A DNA stretch of 64,000 nucleotides from Camelus dromedarius (Eukaryota): positions 62,374,001 to 62,438,000 of the forward strand of contig NC_087436.1 of assembly GCF_036321535.1 (NCBI RefSeq), in the 5' to 3' direction. Of the stretch, positions 27,480-38,831 are shown one piece after another. The position numbers and the translations under genes were made by a program. A model generated the notes under the pieces. That model did not search any database. It was not told where the DNA came from and saw only the letters and a program-made list of their open reading frames with translations. Within the stretch, counting starts at the first letter, position 1; the number at the start of each line of letters is the position of its first letter.

Positions 27480-28880
27480 ACCACTGAGGCTGTTGTCCTT
27501 GTTGATGGAGTATAGCATAAATATTCTTAGCAAATATTCTTAGCAATAAAGGAAGAAGTGACAATGCCAGTGGCATGAGAGTCTAAAAGTTCTAAGTAGG
27601 GAACTTCTGTCTTCAAGATCTATTCAAAGTCAGTCATACATGTATGAAATGTGCTAAAGTATTCCTCAGTCAGGAAGTGCTCTCACGCAGCCTGATGACT
27701 CAGCTACCCCCCAGTTCATAGAGGACAGTTCATTCATCATGGTCATTTTGGGTTCCATGGTCAAGTGTTCAGTTTTCACAAGAGCACATCAGCCTGCTTT
27801 CCAAAAGAATCGCTGTCTCGAGAAGAATGCCATGAGGCTCTGTTCTGTGATCCTCTTCTTGACATTAGTGTAGATTCTCTGTTACAACCACTGTCTACTA
27901 CAGACACTTGTATCTTCAAGGTCATGGGCCTGAAGGGTAGAATTTTTTGCACTGGGTTTTGAATCTGTTTCAGGATTGTCTCTCATTCTGAGCCTCACCC
28001 CAAACTGGTAGCCAACCCTAACCCTAACATAGCACATTAAAATGACAGTTCCTATGAATTCCATAGAGGCTCATTAAGTATAGCGACTCTTCCTTAATGA
28101 TAAGTGTCAGAATGTTCACCTTTTGTTCTGAGGGAATATTTTTTTTAAACTTCATTGTGGTCTAATTTATATATCATAAGTTCATCCTTTTGGAGGGTAC
28201 ATTTAATGATTTAAGTATAATTTTCAATATAAGGGAATATCTTAGTATGACCTAGACCACTGGCTCCATAGAAACTCTACTGAGGTGGAAGTCTCTGAAT
28301 CTGCTGAAGTTTTTTTCCATTTTCTGTTATGTAAGTGTTATATGAAGGCTTTTTACTGCCTCCTCCCCTGTAGATTCATTTAGCATGAGGCCATCCATAA
28401 AGCCAAGATGTCCTATGAGATAATAAAACCATCATATTCACTCCAGTCTGGATGGGAACAGAGGAAGAAGTGACATGGACTTGAGTAAAACAGTGACATG
28501 TTTCTGCTGTCCACCCAAAGTGCTTCTGGTGGTGTATGCTAGATGACATAGAGGAAGAACCATTGCCAGCTCATTAGTTGTATACCATGTGTTAGGGCTA
28601 TGTCGATTTGCTCCCTAAAAGAGACAAAATCTGAAATAGGAGTGACCACCCATTTTGATAATTGATTGCCATTCACCAAAGCTGTCTAGTTTCTGCAGAG
28701 GCCAGTCGAGTGAGCTCAGTAAGTTGTGGGAGGACTGAAACCTCTGCTTCCTTCTTGTCTTTACTGTTGTTCTTAGGTATGTGATGTTGCTTTAGATTCC
28801 TAGTTTTATATGGACAGCCAGTGGAAGTCCACTCAACACTCTGCAGCTGGAGTTAGCGTTTCAGCATTTGTAACCAGTTA
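27480..28880 (-). mobile_element. ERVL/MaLR internal (pol-derived) remnant
   Basis: ccatggtcaagtgttcagtt, aaaagaatcgctgtctcgagaagaatgcc and caaactggtagcc resemble recalled antisense ERVL pol (RT/RNase H region); no intact ORF. Confidence 0.6.
28140..28231 (-). mobile_element. Short old L1 3'-end insertion with 9-bp TSD
   Basis: AGGGAATAT at 28131-28139 and 28232-28240 flank a T run plus L1M-type terminus. Confidence 0.65.
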
Positions 28881-29426
28881 TGGTCGCAAAATGTATTATT
28901 TGTTTATTACCCACTCCATTCACTTTTGATTTAGTATTTCTCTTCATTCTCATCTTCCTCTTGCCTTCCTCTTTCCTCTTCTTCTTGTTCTTTTTTTTTT
29001 ATTTCTATATTTCTTCTCTGTCTCTCTCCTCTTCTCATCTGCCTCCTTTTTCTTGACATTTTCTTCACTTTCCTATGCCACGACAATATTTTTACAAGTA
29101 TCTTGTAGAATATCCATATTCTAATTGCATTGTCACAGAAAGCCCTACCGGAAGTGTAATTGAAAATATGCAGTCATTACTCACAATAGAGTAGGATATA
29201 TGATTAAAAATTATAGGAAATGGCTTATGCTTTGGTGATATCCTCTTAAACTTTAGAAGTTTTCCTTTTGTATTGAAACAACTTCTTAGCAACAGTTTCT
29301 TAGGCTAGAAATTTCCCTATCTCCATTATTTTATAAACACCAGTTATTTAAACATCACATTAGACAAATTTTTAAAAATCTCTTGTTTAAACTCAAAATA
29401 GTTTGTATTTATCTTTCTTTGTATGT

Positions 29427-29432
<6 letters not shown>

Positions 29433-29472
<40 letters not shown>
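29433..29472. repeat. (TA)20 microsatellite
   Basis: Direct reading. Confidence 0.97.
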
Positions 29473-29475
<3 letters not shown>

Positions 29476-29669
29476 ATTAATATGTCAGTCACTGATTCAT
29501 AAAGGAGAAGCTATTCTTGGGTTTTGTTTCTTGTCGCTGTGACTTGGACCTTCCCAAAAATTCAAGTCCCTGTAGGAAGTTGAACTTATCTTAACCAACC
29601 TCTCATGACATTGTTTTTAGTTAGCTATGAGCAATAATCATCCTTAGCCTTATTTGTTTTAATCAGGAA

Positions 29670-31205
29670 TAATGAGGCATAATTTTATATATAGCAAAAG
29701 TTATAAATTTCAAGTATATAATAAATGAGTTTTGATAAATGTATACAGTTGTATAAACATCATGACATTCATGATGTAGAATGTCTTTTTTACCCCATGA
29801 GGTTTCCTCATGCTCATTTACAGGCATTTTTATCTGTATATCTTTAGATCCTGAAAACTACAGTTCTGCTATTTTTCATTATAGTTTTATCATTTAAAAA
29901 ATCATAAAATAGAATCACAAAGTATGTAATTTTATATGTTCAGCATTTGAGATTATTTCAAGTTGATACATGTATCAGTAGCTTGTTCCTTTTTATTGAC
30001 AAGTTATATTCTATTAAAGGCAATTCTCTGCTGACAAGTTGGTGGACATTTGGCTATTCCAGTTTTTGTCTAGTATGAATAAAGCTGCTATAAACAATGA
30101 AATTCAGATTTTTGTGTGATCATGTTTTCCTTTCTATTAAAAGGACTTTGAGACTGCTGGATGGAATTACTTCTAGTTTTAACAAATTGCCACACTGTTT
30201 TCCAAACTAGCTGTACCATTTTGAAGTCTCATCAGAAATGTATAAGAAATAAGTAGTAAATAAGCACTAGAGATCTCATGCACAATATAATGAATATAAA
30301 CAATAATATTGTGGTATAATTATGTAATGTGATAAATATTGCTACATCAGCAATCTTATTACACTGTATAAATAACACACTGTACATCTTAAACTTACAT
30401 GAAATTAAATGTCAAATTTATTCAATTTTTAAAAAATAATAAATGTATGTGTTCTAGTAGCTCTAAATCATGGCTGATATTTGTTTGATATTGTCTCGTT
30501 TTTGTTTTGATTTGGTTTGGTTTTGTATTCACTAAAAGTAGGTATGAAGAAGTAACAGCATGGTTTTAATTTGTATGTTCCTAATAACGAATGATGTTAA
30601 GCATCACATGCTTATTGGCTTTTTGTTTATCTTGGTTAAGATGTGCATACAATTATGTATTTCCATTTTTTTGTTAGGTTGTTTATCTACTGTTAGTGTT
30701 GTGACACTTCTTTATATACCAAGAAAGAGTAATTTGTTATCTGTAAGTTTGGCCAATATTTTCTCCCAATTTGTGTTTTTTTTTTCATATTTGATTGCCT
30801 TTTAAGAAAGAAACTTTATTTTTCATTTTAGCAAAGTTTGATTTATCTGTTTTATGTTTCATAATTTCTACTTCCTGTCTAAGAAATTGTCTCCCAAACC
30901 CACGATCCCGAAGATTTTCTCCTACTTTTTCTTTTAGAAGTTTTATAATTTTAGGTCTTATTTCAGATCTCTGGTTAATTTTGATATATTTTATGATGTT
31001 AGCAATCATTTTATTGCTTATGGATGTCCAGTTTTTTTTCAGCATTATTTGCTGTGAAGACAATTCTTTCTTCATGAATTGACAACTTTTTTAATATCAG
31101 TTAATTATATACATGAATCTATTTCTGAACTCTGCTTTCTGGTCCTTTGATCTCAATGTCTATCTTAGGCCAATGTACTGCTGTCTAACTTTATGCCAAT
31201 ACTTT
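29670..31205 (-). mobile_element. L1MB/L1ME-type element (3' UTR into ORF2)
   Basis: aatgagtttttgataaatgtatacag...; ORF 30785-31075(-) RPKIIKLLKEKVGENLRDRGFG is L1 ORF2-like. Confidence 0.85.
30245..30440 (+). mobile_element. L1MA-type 3' end nested in opposite orientation
   Basis: ctagagatctcatgcacaa...ctgtacatcttaaacttaca...A-rich tail; AAATGTAT repeated on both flanks. Confidence 0.7.
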
Positions 31206-31284
31206 AAAATGAATGCATTTTAGCATACTGAAGGTGTAATGTGGGAAATTGGCATACATATTGGGGGAAAATGTGAAATTTATA

Positions 31285-31472
31285 GTCAGAGAGACAGTGG
31301 TTAAACACCTTAACTTTATCAATTCCTAGCTGCTTGATATTCAGATTGTATTTTTTTATTCTGAACATCAGTTTCTCATTGCAAGATTGCTATCTAGAAT
31401 AAACAACATAATTGTGTGAAGTAATTCCCAGTGCCTAGTAAATACAAAACACTTCATAAATGCTTGGTTCCT
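31285..31472 (+). mobile_element. MIR SINE
   Basis: tcctagctg...ctgaacatcagtttctcatt...cagtgcctag...cacttcataaatg. Confidence 0.6.
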
Positions 31473-32883
31473 TATCCTTTGTTCAGGAAGTTTTAATACA
31501 AAAGAGATTAACCACTGTGTTTGTGATAGATAGTAACACCCATTCATAAACAAACAAACAAATAACAGAGATAACTTTTGCTAAATATATACTTGTATCT
31601 TGCTACAATAATTTCTAATCTATTTTGAGTAAAATTGGTATTTCTGGACATGCTTAATTGCAATAAAAAAAATTAGAAGCAAAATTTACTGTCTTTCAGA
31701 TGGCATCCTTAGAAATTATTTTTTAGGATATAACAAATTGTACACAAAATATAGTGACAATGTCCTTTTCATTACCCTGAATAAAATGGATTTTATTTCA
31801 GCATTTTAATATGTTTACATTGGAGACTGGTGGTCTAATTTAGAAAACATTTGCTATTTTGTTCTTCCCATAAATCATAAATTAATTTATGCATTTAAGT
31901 TTATGCTACTTAAGCTCATTTCTTGAATATTAGGAAAATATTTAACTCACAAAAAAAGCACTGAGTATTTGAATGGATGCTTTTGAAGCCTGGTAGAGAA
32001 TGAAAATTGGAGATCTGGTTTTAGAATCCAGTAAAAGCATTATTTATGTTTGCCCTATACTTAAGAATACAAAATGCTGTCCAGTTAGTAAAGTCAGTCA
32101 AAGTACTGTTACCCTTACTTCCCAAGACCTAACAGACTAAATGTATTCATAGATATTGTATGAAATACTAGTATTGCAGTTTAGTTATATAATACTTAAG
32201 TATTATGTAAGTGGAAATGGTAAAAAATAACTTCCTTGAATTATCAAATGCTAAGTGTTGCTATCTAAAGGTGATTCAATGTAGATATAGTCTAATTGGG
32301 GGAGTTTTAAATATTTGGTTCTTCTAACATTCAGGAAAAGTTAAGCTTACCATGATTTAGAACCTCAGTTTTTACAAAAACCCTTCAATCATATCTGAGT
32401 TTATGATTGCCTATATATTCCATGCTTATTTGGGGCAACATAATCATAAACTAATTTTTATAAAGTAGTAGTTTATACTTACTAAAATAATTCTATTTCC
32501 TCTATATGCTTTATTATTCCCTAAATTGGTTAATATCAAATGTAGTTCAGAGGTGCCAAACAAGTGTTCAAATCTCTGTGATATGAAATTTAAGGTGAAA
32601 AATTGATTGATTTGATTTTTAAAATGTATGTCTTATAGCCTACACAGAACACACTCTAATTGTTTATTTGCTTTCCAAAGAATTTTAAATTTTTGTTGTA
32701 ATCTCTTATTGTATAGTTTGTTAGTATTACAATAAGTCAGGGTTTTGTTGTTCAGATATCATTTTTGTTATAAAACATGAATATAGATAAGTACACAAAT
32801 CATAAAATCACAGCTTGATGCATTTCAGACATGAATACACCTGTGAAATTACTGAGATTAAAATATACATATAGACACACACA

Positions 32884-34006
32884 TGTTAGAGCAGGAAGAC
32901 AGCTGAATGTGAGACAGGGGGACCCAGGCCAAATGACAGGAACTGAGCAGAAAAGGAGAGGCACTGGCCAAATGCAGGAAACCATACATCATTAAAACAA
33001 CAGGGGTCCTTAGGCAGACAGAGAAAAGCAGGAACCTCAGGACTGATAAGAAATGACACTTTTTGGGGTGACAAGTTGGCCTAAAGGCTGAAAAAGAAAG
33101 GTGGGAAAAGGTAGGAATCTCCAGTGTCCAAATGTTTTCTTTTGCTCACTATGCCCTCATTGTAATAAAATTAGCCTTGCAGATTAGAAGTACCCATCAT
33201 GCACTGACACCATTACACTTCAGATTCAGACTCAATAAGGACAAAAACCCCTCCTCCCTTCGGGAAGGCACAGTTGGAATGAAAATCAGGGAATATGACC
33301 CCAAACCCTTCCCTCCCCAGTGACTATTCTGACCATTCATTTTTTTTTTTTAATTGAAGTATAGTCAGTTGCAATGTGTCAGTTTCTGGTGTACAGCATA
33401 ATGTCCCAGTCATGCCTATATATATACATATATTCATTTTCTTATTATTTTCATTAACAGTTAATACAAGATATTGAATATAGTTCCCTGTGCTGTACAG
33501 AAGAAATTTGATTTTTAACCTATTTTTATATATAGTGGTTAACATTTGCAAATCTCAGATTCCCAAGTTTATTCCTTCCCACTCCCTTTCCCCCAATAAC
33601 CATTAAGATTGTTTACTACGTCTGTGAGTCTGTTTCTGTTTTATAGATGAGTTCATTAGTGTCCTCTTTTTTTCTTTTTTTAGATTCCACATATGAGTGA
33701 TATATGGTATTTTTCTTTCTCTTTCTGGCTTACTTCACTTAGAATGAGATCTCCAGGCCCATCCATGTTGCTGCAAATGGCATTATTTTATTCTTTTTTA
33801 TGGCTGAGTAGTATTCAGCCATTCATTTTTAAACCCTGTTTAACTATCTTGCCAAAGAAACTCAGCAGAGCTACTCACCTGAGCCTGCCCGCTCTCCCCT
33901 TAAGAGTGTACTATCTATCCCTTAATAAATCCCCGACTTTACTTTGTTCACCTCTGTGTCTCATCTCTGAATTCTTTCTGTGACAAGAACCTAATCACCA
34001 GCAACA
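32884..34006 (+). mobile_element. ERV1-like solo LTR (interrupted by a young L1)
   Basis: Starts TGTTAG, ends GCAACA, 4-bp TSD CACA (32880-32883 and 34007-34010); gagtgtact...AATAAA...tgaattctttctgtgac is an ERV1-type R/U5 signature. Confidence 0.85.
33340..33811 (-). mobile_element. Young 5'-truncated L1 3' UTR inserted in the LTR
   Basis: T run + aattgaagtatagtcagtt; flanks TATTCTGACCATTCATTTTT / TATTCAGCCATTCATTTTT as an imperfect TSD. Confidence 0.92.
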
Positions 34007-35024
34007 CACAGAGACACGAACACAGAATATTATATTAACTGGCATTGCAGAAGTGCCCCTGATCCCTCTCCCAGCCACTAGCCTCCCCAAAGGTAACCAC
34101 TATTTTTACTTCTACTATCAAATAGATTTTCCTTATTTTTAATTTTAGATAAAAGTAATCAGATTCTTTTATGCTTTTTTATTAATGTATGATATTCATA
34201 AATGTTACTGTATACATCAATAATTTGTTTATTTTCATTGCTTTTGTTGATTATATGATGATTCCACAGTTTAGTTATGCATTTTGTTCTTGAATAGCAT
34301 TTTGGAAATTTCCAATTTTTGGCTATTATGAAGTATAATGGCACATGTAGTTTAGTGAATATATTTAAGCATTTCTTTTGCATATATGCCCAGGATAGGA
34401 ATTACTAGTTCATAGTGGATAATTCAAAGCAGTTTTTCAAAAGTTGATTCAAATTTATGCTGTTACCAGAAGTGTGTGAGTGCTCTGGTTGTTCCTCTGA
34501 CTTACAAATTACCTAGGAATTATACATTTTTATGTTAGTCATGCTAATGTACGTGTAGATGTATCATATTATAGTTTAATTTACATTACCCTGAAGGGTA
34601 GTGATGTTGAGGACCTTTTCATGTATTCATTGGCTATTGACTATTATTTTTTGTGAGTTGTCTATTCAAGCCATTGAACCATTTTCTGCTTGGTTTCCTC
34701 ATTGTTGTTGTTGTTGTTTTTCTACCTTTTAACCCCTCTTAATGATTTATAAATTACTTTATGTAGTTTATAAATTACTTTGTGTAGTTTAGACACAAAT
34801 CCTTTTTGAATAACTGTATTAAAATGTCTTCTCCCATTCTGTGACTTAAATTTTATCTCCTGTAGTGCTGTCTTTAAAAAAAAAAAAAACTTCTTGACTC
34901 TAGTCCCATTATTGATTTTATACCTTGATAATCATCACTTTTTCGGTTCTTATTAAAAATCAGTTTCTTCCAGACTCATCAAGATATAATCCTACATATA
35001 AATATGTGTATATATAAATATATA

Positions 35025-36655
35025 TTTAACTAACAAATTTTGTTTTACAGAGCAGCTTTAGGTTCACAGCACAAATTAGTGGAAAATATAGAGTCTGCAT
35101 ATACCCTCTGCCCCAACACACTCTCTGTCTCTCCCATTATTACCTACCACATCAAAGTGGTACATTCGTTACAATCAAAGAATTTATATTGACACATAAT
35201 CACCCAAAGTCCAATGTATACATTAGGGTTCACACTTGGTGTTGAACATTCTATGGGTTTTGCCAAATGAATCATGACATGCACTCACCATTAAAGTATC
35301 ATACAAAATAATTTCAGAAAAAAATCCTTTGTGCTCTGCTTATTCATCCCTCCTTCCTCCTAAACCCTAGCAGCTGCTAATCTTTTTACTGTCCCCATAG
35401 TGTTGCCCTTTCCAGAATGTCATATAGTTGGAATTATACAATGTAGACTCTTCAGATGGGCTTCTTTCACTTAGCAATATGCACTTAAAGTTCCTCCATG
35501 TCTTTTTATGGCTTGATAGGTCATTTTTTTTAGTAATGGATAATAGTCCATTGTCTGGATATACCACAATTTATTTATTCATTCATCTACTGAAGAACAT
35601 CTTTGTTGCTTCTGCATTTGAAATGTGAAAGTTATAAAACTTCAAAAAATATCTGTGTGCAGGTTATTGTGTAGACATAAGTTTTCAGTTCAATTGGAGT
35701 GTCATTGTTGGATCAAATGGTTAAGTTTAATTTTGTAAAAACTGCCAAACTGTCTTGCAAAGTGGTTGTTTTATTTTTAATTTCTACCAGCAGTGAATGG
35801 CAGTTCCTGTTGGTCCACAACCTCACCAGCATTTTGTGTTGTCAGCACTTTTGCACTTGGCCATTCTAATGGGTGTGTAGTGGTATCCTGTTTTAATCTG
35901 TAATTCCCTAATGATATATGATATTGAATGTTTTATGCTTGCTTGCCCTCTGTGTATCTTCTATGATGTGTCTGTTCAGGGAGTTCATCTATTTTTGAAT
36001 TGGATTGCACATTTTATTACAGTTAAGTTTTAAGAATTCTTTGTATATTTTGGATATTTTGTATAAATCTTTATTAATAAACTGTTTCCTTTCCAAATAC
36101 TTACTTCCAGTCTATGGCTCGTCTTTTATTCTCTTGACATTGTCTTTAACAGAGCAGAAGTTTTTGATTTTAATGAAGTTCAGTTTATCATGCCTTTGAT
36201 GTTGTATCTAAAGAGGCACTGCTCTACCCAAGGTCATGTGGGTTTTCTCCTATGTTATGTGCTGAGTTCTATGGTTTTGCATTTTACAGTTAGGTCTGTG
36301 ATCCACTTTGTGGTAATATTTGTGAGTTTTTAAAGTCAGGTTCTATATTCTTTTTTTTTTTTTTTTGGCAATGTGGATGCCCACTTGTTTCAAACCTTTT
36401 GTGGAAAAGACTATCTTTGACCCATTACATAGTCTCTGCTCCTTTGTTCAGTATCAGTTGACTATATTTATGTGAGTCTATTTCTAGGCTTTTTATAATG
36501 ATCCGTTGATCTGTTTGTCTGTTGTTCTGTAATACCTCGATGTCTTGATTACTGCAGCGTACAATTAGTCTTCAAGTTAGGAATTGCCAGAAGTATGCAG
36601 AAGTATGTTGTTCAGTCTCCACATTTTTGGGGATTTTACAGTCATCTTTCTGTGT
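35025..36655 (-). mobile_element. L1MC1/2-type element
   Basis: agagcagctttaggttcacagc...gtggtacattcgttacaatc...cacccaaagtcc...; ORF 35367-35567(-) KKTWRNFKCILLSERS resembles the L1 ORF2 end. Confidence 0.88.
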
Positions 36656-37189
36656 ATGTACTTTGTATTAAAGGAGTAGTTAGGCACACATGACAAAATA
36701 TTTTTTCCTCCAGTTTTTGCTTTACTTTTAAAAATATTTTGGGAAGCTGATCTCAAATATATATTATATGTTGTCGAATACTTTTTATTTTTTTCTCTTT
36801 GGAGTTTATCTATTGCATGATTAGAAGTCTTTCTATATTTTAAGGTTGAATATTTACCTGTATTTTCATTTAGATTTTATTGTTTGTGCTCCTCATCTTC
36901 CTCCTCCTTTCTGTTATTATTTTACTCTTTAATATACTTGATAATATGCTGTAATGTGTGAGGAAATAACTTGGCACTGTTTCTCTCAAATAGTAGTTGA
37001 AACATCCAATTAACATATATAAATGACCTTATTTATCAGCAGTGATTTATTATTTTGTGAAATGAATTGTTTTGTACAATATAATTGTTTCTGTACTATG
37101 CAATTTTCCATTGATAAATGTAGTCATCTTTGAATATCTTTGAGATACTATTAAAATATTGCAGATATATATTCTCATACATCAGGAAG

Positions 37190-38209
37190 ATGGTCAATCC
37201 CAACAATTATACAATTGTATAAAACTTTTCTAAATTTTTTTCAGTTTATGAGAATTCCAATTGCTCTGCAACCTCTATTACACTTAGTATTATCAGTATT
37301 TTAATTTTAACTATTTTCAGGTGTGTTTTGCTATCTCACTGCCTTTTCAATTGGAATTTCTCTAATTATTAAACATTTTGATCACTTAATTATATATACT
37401 TATTTATCACATATATCTCCTTTGTTAAAGTTTTCAAGTCTTTTTTTGTACAGGTGGGTGGATCTCCTTTTTATTGAATTTAAGTGTTTTTTATATGTTC
37501 TCGATATCATTTTTTACCCATTTATATTTGTGAATATAATTTCACAGTTGTGCTTGGCTTTTCAATTCCTTAAACTTTTTCGAAAATCAACTCTTTTTGA
37601 TATTGATAAAATTTAGTTTATCTTTGTTTTAAAGTTCATTCTTCTTGTACCTCATTTTAATCTTTCTTAACTCAAAGTCAAAACTTTTGTTTTTTCCTAA
37701 GCATTATTCTGTTATCTTTAAAGATTACCACTTACATGTAGCTCCATGATTCATTTTAAGTTTCAGTTTTAAGCATTTCTTTTTTTTTTTTCTTTTTCTT
37801 CTCTAAATGCCCCAGTATCATTTACTGAAAAAACTTTCACTTTTCAGTTGAACTACTTTGGCATCTTTGGCAAAAATCGTTTAACTTAATATGGGCATGT
37901 TAATTTCTCAACTCTATTTTGTCTTAACTCTTCTATATGTCTATCCATTTTCAATATTACACTTTTTGTGACTATACTTGTACACTAAGCCTTGAATCAG
38001 GAAGAGTAAGTCCTTTAACTATGTCTTTTTTACTTTAATTGTTTAGGCTATTCTGCTTGCCTTACAGTTGCAGATACATCTTAGAATATATTTGATAATT
38101 TCTATGAAAGCATAATAGGATTTTAATTGGGATTTAGTTAAATCTGTATCAATTTGTGGACAATTACAATCTTAACACTACGAGTCTTTTGGTCCATTAA
38201 TATAATATA
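37190..38209 (-). mobile_element. Old L1ME ORF2 remnant (left part)
   Basis: tatgagaattccaattgctc...ccagtatcatttactgaaa...ggattttaattgggattt...ggtccatt. Confidence 0.65.
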
Positions 38210-38389
38210 TTGAAAAGGTATACACTCCAATCACGCCTCCCTGAAAATGTAGCTCCTTTATTTTGCATATACTGGATATAATGTGAAGCTCAAGTTCCCA
38301 TTATCAGTGGAGTTAGGGGAAAAAAAAGCAAACCTGCCTTCCTTCCCATTTAAGACACAAACCTCCAAGGTGGGCTAGTAACTTACTGG

Positions 38390-38831
38390 TATTCGTAGCT
38401 GCTCCGCGGTAATGCTTATTAAAGAATTGTCTCCCCACTCTCCCGAGGCTGGAGTTTGCGGAGTTTAGCAAAAGGACTACCTCCCACCCTGTCCTGCCCC
38501 ACAGCCTCCCCGAAGTGAACTGCCACTAATCTCCAGGCCTAGGTCCCGGCCTTCAGGAAGCCACCGAGGGCCACGGACTACCCAGGTCGCATAGATTCAA
38601 TATCTGACCTCTGGGCATCTTCTATGTGGTCTGGGTGGGTCCAAGCCAACCCTGCCACTCCCAGGATCCCTTGCGCAAAGGGCTCGCAGAACACGCGGCG
38701 CAGCGGGCGCCACGGCCTGCAGAGCTGTGCGCCTGCGCAGACCGCTCTCGTCGCTCTCCGTTTCCTCTCCCTCCCAGCGGAACTTGGGTAGCCGGCTGGA
38801 TCCTTCAAGTTCCTGAACCTCTGCAAGCACA
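38390..38831. promoter_or_regulatory. Small CpG-island-like promoter candidate
   Basis: 16 CpG in 38661-38800 against a CpG-poor background; NRF1-type TGCGCCTGCGCA 38728-38739; TTGCGCAA 38671-38678; donors CA|GTGAGT (+, 38832) and CA|GTAAGT (-, 38386). Confidence 0.65.

Larger units (their letters stand above)
32762..34990 (-). mobile_element. Old L1ME-type element hosting an LTR
   Basis: gtacacaaatcataaaatcacagcttgatg (before LTR) continues as ccccaaaggtaaccactatt after the LTR. Confidence 0.75.

Noticed and set aside
38474..38486. GGACTACCTCCCA as a ZNF143-associated ACTACAnnTCCCA motif
   Set aside because: Spacing and sequence deviate from the consensus; too weak to call
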